Source: Oligoflexales bacterium (GTDB lineage: Bacteria > Bdellovibrionota_B > Oligoflexia > Oligoflexales > Bog-1112). Taken from it: 64,000 nt of DNA. Where the stretch lies: the NCBI GenBank assembly GCA_045105515.1, contig JBGCDR010000060.1, positions 32,001 to 96,000 of the forward strand, read 5' to 3'. Made by a program: the position numbers and the translations under genes. Below the pieces are notes generated by a model that was given only the letters and a program-made list of their open reading frames with translations, was not told the DNA's origin and made no database searches. Positions 58,323 to 64,000 of the stretch are shown in pieces. Within the stretch, counting starts at the first letter, position 1. Every line of letters starts with the position of its first letter.

Positions 58323-59846
58323 TTGAGTAGCCGTACACCAACTAAAGAATGGACCATGGGTTCTGATCAGACAATTTTGCTGATATATCAATTTATTACT
58401 TTGAATGCCGCGAGCATCCTTATATATCATGGCTTTCTAAGTATCTTTCAATACTTAAAAACTAAGGCAAAGCTACCTCTTCACCTGGCTTTACTATGCA
58501 TCACTAGTTCTACCAATTGCTTTATTGCCATAGCGGCCCTTTACAATAAAGATGGTTTCACAGAGGTTCTACTTGGGAACGGTCTAGCGTTAGGAAGTAC
58601 AATGGCATGCATTCTGTATTTTAAGCTTATGTCAAATTTTTTGGGATTCAGACCAAAAACACTCAAATATATCGAATACTATATCATCTTAGGCATCACA
58701 TTAATAACTGCATCCATCATCATCTACTTAAGCACTGGAAGAGCTTTTCTTTTTGAACTAAAACCTTTTTTATCAAAGAGTATATATATACAAGGCACTG
58801 GTGAGCAAGTTTCCATCACTGCTTATGGACTCTTCATAATTTGCAGCAATGTACTGTTACTAAGTATTGTTTCCTTTCTCTTTCTGAGAAAGATTCTTAC
58901 CTTTAAAAATCCAGATAAAATGTTGGTGGTAGGTATTGTTAGCAACATCTTATTTATGATCAATGATGTATTATTAGCATTTCCAATCATCAGATACGCT
59001 TTCCCTTTACTATTCTGCTCCTATTTTGTAGAAATCCTTCGCTTATCCTACCTATCTCAAAAAGAAAGTTTCCTAAAAATAGAAGCTCTAGAAGGTGAAG
59101 TTATTCAGATTGGAAAAGTTGCCGAGCTAGGATATGTTGCAGGCAATATCGCCCACGACCTGCGCAATCCAATCGCTCTTATTAAAGGCAGTACCCATCT
59201 ACTTCAGAAAACCTTAACTAAAGGTCAAGATCTCAACAATATAACAAGCCAAAAAACCCAAGAACAAATTGCAAGCCAAAAATATATCCACAAAATTCTA
59301 AATGGCTGTGAGCGGATAGAGGCCATCATCCAAACTTACCTAAAAATGATGTATCACGAAAATGGGGAAACAGAAGAGTTAAACTTTTCCTATTTGCTAG
59401 AACAAGCAGTCAACTTATGTTCAACTAGACTTAGTAAACTTGGAGACGAAGTATTAAAAATCCATTTAAAAGATTTTAAAATAAATGGGTATGAAAACCA
59501 ACTAGTCATGTCTTTTGTAAACCTAATCAGTAATGCTTGTGAAGCAATCGAACATAGTCATAATAGATGGATCGAAATATCCACTATTACTCAAGGTAAT
59601 ATCGCTTTTATTATCATCAAAGATAGCGGAAAAAAAATTCCAGAGGAGGTAGCTAAAAATTTATTTAAGAAGGGATTTACCACTAAAGGTAAAGGTAATG
59701 GAACAGGATTAGGACTTGATTTCGTTAAAAAAGTACTTATAAATCACCATGGAAATATACACCTTGATTTAAAAAATCAAAATACTTGTTTTATCATCAA
59801 GCTGACTAAAGTGATACCCATTAGCTCTGAAAAAGCTGTTTCATAG
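58323..59846 (+). CDS. Multi-TM sensor histidine kinase
   Basis: About 7 hydrophobic helices, then IAHDLRNP, NL.SNA, DSG, FTTK and GTGLGL. Confidence 0.9.
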   Translation: MSSRTPTKEWTMGSDQTILLIYQFITLNAASILIYHGFLSIFQYLKTKAKLPLHLALLCITSSTNCFIAIAALYNKDGFTEVLLGNGLALGSTMACILYFKLMSNFLGFRPKTLKYIEYYIILGITLITASIIIYLSTGRAFLFELKPFLSKSIYIQGTGEQVSITAYGLFIICSNVLLLSIVSFLFLRKILTFKNPDKMLVVGIVSNILFMINDVLLAFPIIRYAFPLLFCSYFVEILRLSYLSQKESFLKIEALEGEVIQIGKVAELGYVAGNIAHDLRNPIALIKGSTHLLQKTLTKGQDLNNITSQKTQEQIASQKYIHKILNGCERIEAIIQTYLKMMYHENGETEELNFSYLLEQAVNLCSTRLSKLGDEVLKIHLKDFKINGYENQLVMSFVNLISNACEAIEHSHNRWIEISTITQGNIAFIIIKDSGKKIPEEVAKNLFKKGFTTKGKGNGTGLGLDFVKKVLINHHGNIHLDLKNQNTCFIIKLTKVIPISSEKAVS

Positions 59847-60998
59847 AACGGCAAAAGCTTGCTTGAGATCTGCAATTAAATCGTCACTAGACTCAATCCC
59901 AACAGATAATCTCAACAAGCTGTGACCAATACCAAGCTTTTTCCTTAAAGCTTCTGGTACCGAAGCATGGGTCATCCGTTCTGGATGGTTAATAAGAGAC
60001 TCTACCCCTCCCAAGCTCTCAGCAAGAGAGAAAACCTTAAGTCCCTGTGTGAAAGTCACCACTTGTTCATAGGAGCCTTTTAAGTCAAAGCTCACCATTC
60101 CGGAAAACCCCTTCATTTGCCTCCTAGCAATTTCATGGTCAGGGTGGCTTTCCAAACCTGGGTAAAAAACTCGGTCAACGAGTGGATGAGAACTTAAAAA
60201 TTCTGCAACTGCAAAAGCATTGCGTTCATGCTGCTGCATCCTCACAGCTAAGGTTTTAATGCTCCTATGTAAAAGGAAGCTTTCAAAAGGGCCGGGTACC
60301 GCACCAGCAGCGAACTGTATAAACTTTAGTTGTTCAAATAACTCTTTAGATCTTGACATAACGGCCCCTCCAATCAAATCAGAGTGACCACCTATATACT
60401 TTGTCGTGCTATGTACAACGAGATCTGCACCTAGATCCAAAGGGCTCTGAAATGCTGGAGAAGGAAAAGTATTATCTACCACAAGCAATGCACCAACGGA
60501 CTGCGCCATTTCTGCCATTTTTTCTATATCAATAATTTTAAGCGTCGGATTAGTCGGGGTCTCCACCCACAACATCCGAGTGCTTGGAGTCAATTGATTT
60601 TTAATTTCTTCAGGGCTAGCCATATCAATAAATTGAAATTCTATTCCATATTTTGCAAAAAGCTTACGAAATAACCTCCCGGTGCCGCCATACACATCGT
60701 CGCAGACCAAAACCCTGCTACCAGGCTCAAGAGTCTGAATGATTGCTTGTTCTGCGGCGAGACCAGAGGAAAAAGCTAAGCCAAACTGAGCTCCTTCAAT
60801 CTTGGCCAGTGCTGTTTCTAAGGCTGCTCGGGTGGGATTGTCTGCTCGTGAATAATCGAAACCTTTATGCTCTCCAGGTGCTGATTGCACAAAAGTTGAG
60901 GTCTGGAAAATGGGAGTCATAATGGCACCTGTAATTGGCTCAGGCTCGGCGCCTCCATGGACTGCTGTTGTGTAGAACTTTGTGTCGATGCTCATCAT
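59841..60998 (-). CDS. Cystathionine gamma-lyase/synthase (Cys/Met metabolism PLP enzyme)
   Basis: PIFQTSTF, YSR..NPTR, FSSG.AA, ETPTNP, VDNTF, HSTTKYIGGHSD and AESLGGVESL. Confidence 0.93.
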   Translation of the reverse strand: MMSIDTKFYTTAVHGGAEPEPITGAIMTPIFQTSTFVQSAPGEHKGFDYSRADNPTRAALETALAKIEGAQFGLAFSSGLAAEQAIIQTLEPGSRVLVCDDVYGGTGRLFRKLFAKYGIEFQFIDMASPEEIKNQLTPSTRMLWVETPTNPTLKIIDIEKMAEMAQSVGALLVVDNTFPSPAFQSPLDLGADLVVHSTTKYIGGHSDLIGGAVMSRSKELFEQLKFIQFAAGAVPGPFESFLLHRSIKTLAVRMQQHERNAFAVAEFLSSHPLVDRVFYPGLESHPDHEIARRQMKGFSGMVSFDLKGSYEQVVTFTQGLKVFSLAESLGGVESLINHPERMTHASVPEALRKKLGIGHSLLRLSVGIESSDDLIADLKQAFAVL

Positions 60999-61057
60999 AC
61001 CTTCCTATTCATTGAGCCATTGGCTCCCGGTCAATCACCACGAATAGGAGGAGCCAA

Positions 61058-61372
61058 TCACGCTTTTAGAATAGGTTCTAACTCACCTTTGCGGTGAAGT
61101 TCCATGACTATATCACAACCACCGATAAATTTACCGTCTACATAGAGCTGAGGAATAGTCGGCCAACTTGAGTACTCCTTCACACCTTCTCTCAGATCCC
61201 AGTCAGCTAGGACATTTTCACTTTTAAATTCAACACCATAACTATTTAGGATATGGATCACCTGGGCTGAAAATCCACACATTGGCTCAGATTTTTCGCC
61301 TTTCATGTAGAGCATGACCTTACTGCCATTAATAGAAGATTCGATTTTGTTTTTTACATTTTGATCTAACAT
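61058..61372 (-). CDS. grxD: Monothiol glutaredoxin
   Basis: YMKG...PMCGFS, WPTIPQLY and GGCD. Confidence 0.96.
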   Translation of the reverse strand: MLDQNVKNKIESSINGSKVMLYMKGEKSEPMCGFSAQVIHILNSYGVEFKSENVLADWDLREGVKEYSSWPTIPQLYVDGKFIGGCDIVMELHRKGELEPILKA

Positions 61373-61572
61373 GCTATATTCCTTGTTTTATTTCGCTTTA
61401 GGCAGACAGTCATAAGTCTTTAGACCCAGATAAGCTTTTGGGCAAAAACTATTCGAAACTGAGTCTACTTGCAATGAAAAAAAGAGATCAATAGACCGAG
61501 CTCAGCTTAGCGCTCAATACTTAAAGAATCCTAGGTAAGTAAATAAAAAAACAAAAAAATGTAGAGGGAAAC

Positions 61573-62571
61573 TTAAGTTCCTAACACTGATTTAACCAGT
61601 TCAGTAATTCCGTTAACGAAAAATTGAGCGTCGTTAATATTCTTCTTATGAACCTTAAAACCAGCTCCGTTCTCGACCTTAACCAAGCGCAACTCGTCGT
61701 CAAAAATCTGCAAGTAAGAAAAATATTTATCCCACTCAGCAACATTTGGTCTAAGGTGTTTCGAGGCAGCTTCCTTCAAGGACTGGGTAGTGACTGAAAA
61801 GGGGTCATAGGCAACCTCATTGCTCAAGTGATGAATCTCCAATAAGATTGCCTTCACTTCAATAGGGATACTCGGATATTTTAACCTATCTAAATAACAA
61901 CCTAGAAAAGTAGTGAACCTACCAACATTTGATTTGTGTTCAGCACATAGCTTCGCTCCTTTTTCAAATGCTATTTTTGCCTTTTCCAAACCTCGCATTA
62001 TTAGAGACAATTCTTTCGGATTAAACTGCATTTTTTGGCTGATATGATTGGTAACAGCTGCCTTGTCAATGACAAAGTGCTGGTATCCTCTTGATGATTT
62101 TCCAACTTTTTCACCTTTTAACTGCCAGACTTCATTTGCAAGCTTTAAGATCACAAAAGATCGCTTTAAAGCTAAAATTTCTGGCGAATTTGATATTTGC
62201 AACTCTTCAATTTTTTCGGTTAATTCTTGAACCCGGTGGTTGGTTGTACGCAGACGGTTAGAAAGAGTTCCCATCAGAGAAGTAAACCACTTGGGAATTT
62301 GCTTCATCAACTTGTTAAAGTCAGCCTGAGTAATATGGGTAACATCACTTCGTTGTGAAGCCTTGACCGATGCCGATCTAGGCTGACTATCAAACAAAGC
62401 CATTTCACCAATCATCCCACCAGGTGCTATTTTTGCTAGTTGAATTTCTTCACCATCTTTTTCTAAAAAAACTAACAACTCGCCCGCACGGAGCAAAAAC
62501 ATTCCGTCTGACTTATCACCCTCTTTAAAAAGAAGCTGTCCTTTTTGAACTGCAAAGTTTTTACCGGGCAA
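61573..62571 (-). CDS. Cyclic-nucleotide-binding (Crp/Fnr-like) protein with unknown C-terminal region
   Basis: LFKEGD, G.MIGEMAL...PRSAS and L..RLR C-helix. Confidence 0.85.
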   Translation of the reverse strand: MPGKNFAVQKGQLLFKEGDKSDGMFLLRAGELLVFLEKDGEEIQLAKIAPGGMIGEMALFDSQPRSASVKASQRSDVTHITQADFNKLMKQIPKWFTSLMGTLSNRLRTTNHRVQELTEKIEELQISNSPEILALKRSFVILKLANEVWQLKGEKVGKSSRGYQHFVIDKAAVTNHISQKMQFNPKELSLIMRGLEKAKIAFEKGAKLCAEHKSNVGRFTTFLGCYLDRLKYPSIPIEVKAILLEIHHLSNEVAYDPFSVTTQSLKEAASKHLRPNVAEWDKYFSYLQIFDDELRLVKVENGAGFKVHKKNINDAQFFVNGITELVKSVLGT

Positions 62572-62865
62572 ATTCTACTCCAGTGTCAAGCTTTGACAAA
62601 ACTACCAAAAAATGGCTTTAACGACTAAGGGTATTAAGAACCATTACAAGTAGATTCTAGTGCATTTAAGTTAAGGTCCGTGAGAGTATTTTTTACCGAC
62701 CTGTTTCTCACGAAGAACTCCAGACTCACACCTAATTAGTAAGCTAAGGTTTTTGAAGCTTTCTCACATAAATTTGCATAAAATTCGCAAATAGCATATA
62801 AATTTATCCCTCTTAACTTAGTTAAAAGAACCTTGAGTCATCTTTTCAATGATTTGGTATCGTCG

Positions 62866-64000
62866 ATGTTTAATAGAATTACCCTTGAATCAATCCAATC
62901 TCTTGTATGGTCTCCTCCACTTCTGCTGTTCTTGTGCCTGGTTTCTTTATACTTTACCTTTACTTTAAAGGGTTTGCAGCTACGTTACCTAGTATATTCA
63001 TTGAAAACAGCTCTTAAACGCGATCAAGCTGATACCAGTACTGCAGGAGATATAACCAACTTTCAAGCACTTATGACCTCGCTTGCAGCAGCAATTGGAA
63101 CTGGAAACATAGCCGGGGTTGCTACAGCTCTGGCAACGGGTGGAATGGGTGCTTTATTTTGGATGTGGGTCATAGCCTTACTTGGCATGATCCTTAAATA
63201 CTCTGAGGCTTTGCTAGCTGTAAAATTTCGTATTAAGAACTCTAAAGGGGAAATGAGTGGCGGCCCTATGTACTACATTTCTCGCGGATTAGGTTGGCAC
63301 CGAATGGCCCTCAGCTTCGCAATATTTGGCGTTTTTGCCACGCTTGGTACGGGAAATATGGTCCAAGTCAATTCGGTTGCTGATGCTATGGGGTACCTAT
63401 TTGACATCCCTCGCATCAACACGGGATTAGCCCTCGCATTGATAACCAGTATCGTACTTTTAGGTGGAGTTAAATCAATAGGTAGGGTTGCTGAAATCTT
63501 TGTACCACTCATGGCAAGTCTTTACCTTGCTGGAGGCCTTATAATTATCTTCATCAATCTTGAAGAAATACCGGGCACCTTGGCATATATTGTGAGTTGC
63601 GCCTTTTCCGGAGAGGCTGCTAGTGGAGGGTTTTTAGGAGCAGGAGTCAGCCTTACAATCCAAAGTGGCATAGCTCGTGGTATTTTTTCCAATGAAGCCG
63701 GTTTGGGCACTTCTTCAATCGCATCAGCTGCTGCTAAGACGAAAGAAGCTGGTACTCAAGGAATGATCTCTATGACGAGTGCATTCATTTCCACGATCAT
63801 AGTATGCAGCGTCACTGGCCTCGTTATCGGTGTTACCGGAGTAATGGGCAGCATTGACCCCATTACTGGTCAACAGCTTAACGGCGCACCCATGGCGATG
63901 AAGGCATTTGAAAGCCAGATTCCGGGAGGTGGTTTTGTAGTCTCTTTCGGTCTGATTTTCTTTGCTTATTCTACTATCCTTGGTTGGGCTTATTATGGGG
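62866..64000 (+). CDS. Alanine/glycine:cation symporter (AGCS, AlsT/AgcS family), 3'-truncated
   Basis: Own translation gives FQAL.TSLAAAIGTGNIAGVATA, GALFWMW, GGPMYYI and ARGIFSNEAGLG. ATG at 62866 (alternative TTG at 62833); runs off the window. Confidence 0.95.
   Translation, partial: MFNRITLESIQSLVWSPPLLLFLCLVSLYFTFTLKGLQLRYLVYSLKTALKRDQADTSTAGDITNFQALMTSLAAAIGTGNIAGVATALATGGMGALFWMWVIALLGMILKYSEALLAVKFRIKNSKGEMSGGPMYYISRGLGWHRMALSFAIFGVFATLGTGNMVQVNSVADAMGYLFDIPRINTGLALALITSIVLLGGVKSIGRVAEIFVPLMASLYLAGGLIIIFINLEEIPGTLAYIVSCAFSGEAASGGFLGAGVSLTIQSGIARGIFSNEAGLGTSSIASAAAKTKEAGTQGMISMTSAFISTIIVCSVTGLVIGVTGVMGSIDPITGQQLNGAPMAMKAFESQIPGGGFVVSFGLIFFAYSTILGWAYYG

Noticed and set aside
62600..62865. 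Glycine riboswitch expected upstream of the AGCS symporter
   Set aside because: Consensus GGAGA, CCGAAG and CUCUCAGG elements were not found.
1561..63710. Many 60-170 aa ORFs antisense or out of frame within confident genes
   Set aside because: Fully nested shadow ORFs with no motifs or SD support.

Overview
AT-rich bacterial chromosomal window made up mostly of core and signalling genes. The gene content points to Bdellovibrionota/Oligoflexia or a related former deltaproteobacterium (inference): pilMNOPQ-TPR-aroQ, mutS2, an RRM protein, a Cys-rich HDOD protein and many CheY/histidine kinases. Recognisable genes include the 3' end of tatC, roxA, glpG, pilD, mutS2, a fused 2-oxoacid dehydrogenase E1, a type IVa pilus operon with a giant N/Q/E-rich PilQ, degP, aroC, cheA-cheW plus a CheR-CheB fusion, hmgA, tesA-ybbAP, a URC-type uracil catabolism cluster divergent from udk, a cystathionine gamma-lyase/synthase, grxD and the 5' part of an alanine/glycine symporter. 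I saw no rRNA, tRNA, CRISPR array, transposase or prophage. The most unusual observations are: two unexplained structured intergenic RNA candidates; a candidate sigma-28-driven sRNA; a recurrent sigma-28 promoter motif; a bacterial carnosine-N-methyltransferase-like enzyme; a membrane-anchored sigma-like protein; an HEXXH peptidase-Omp85-like fusion; and the URC locus. All assignments are by eye from motifs; no searches were run.
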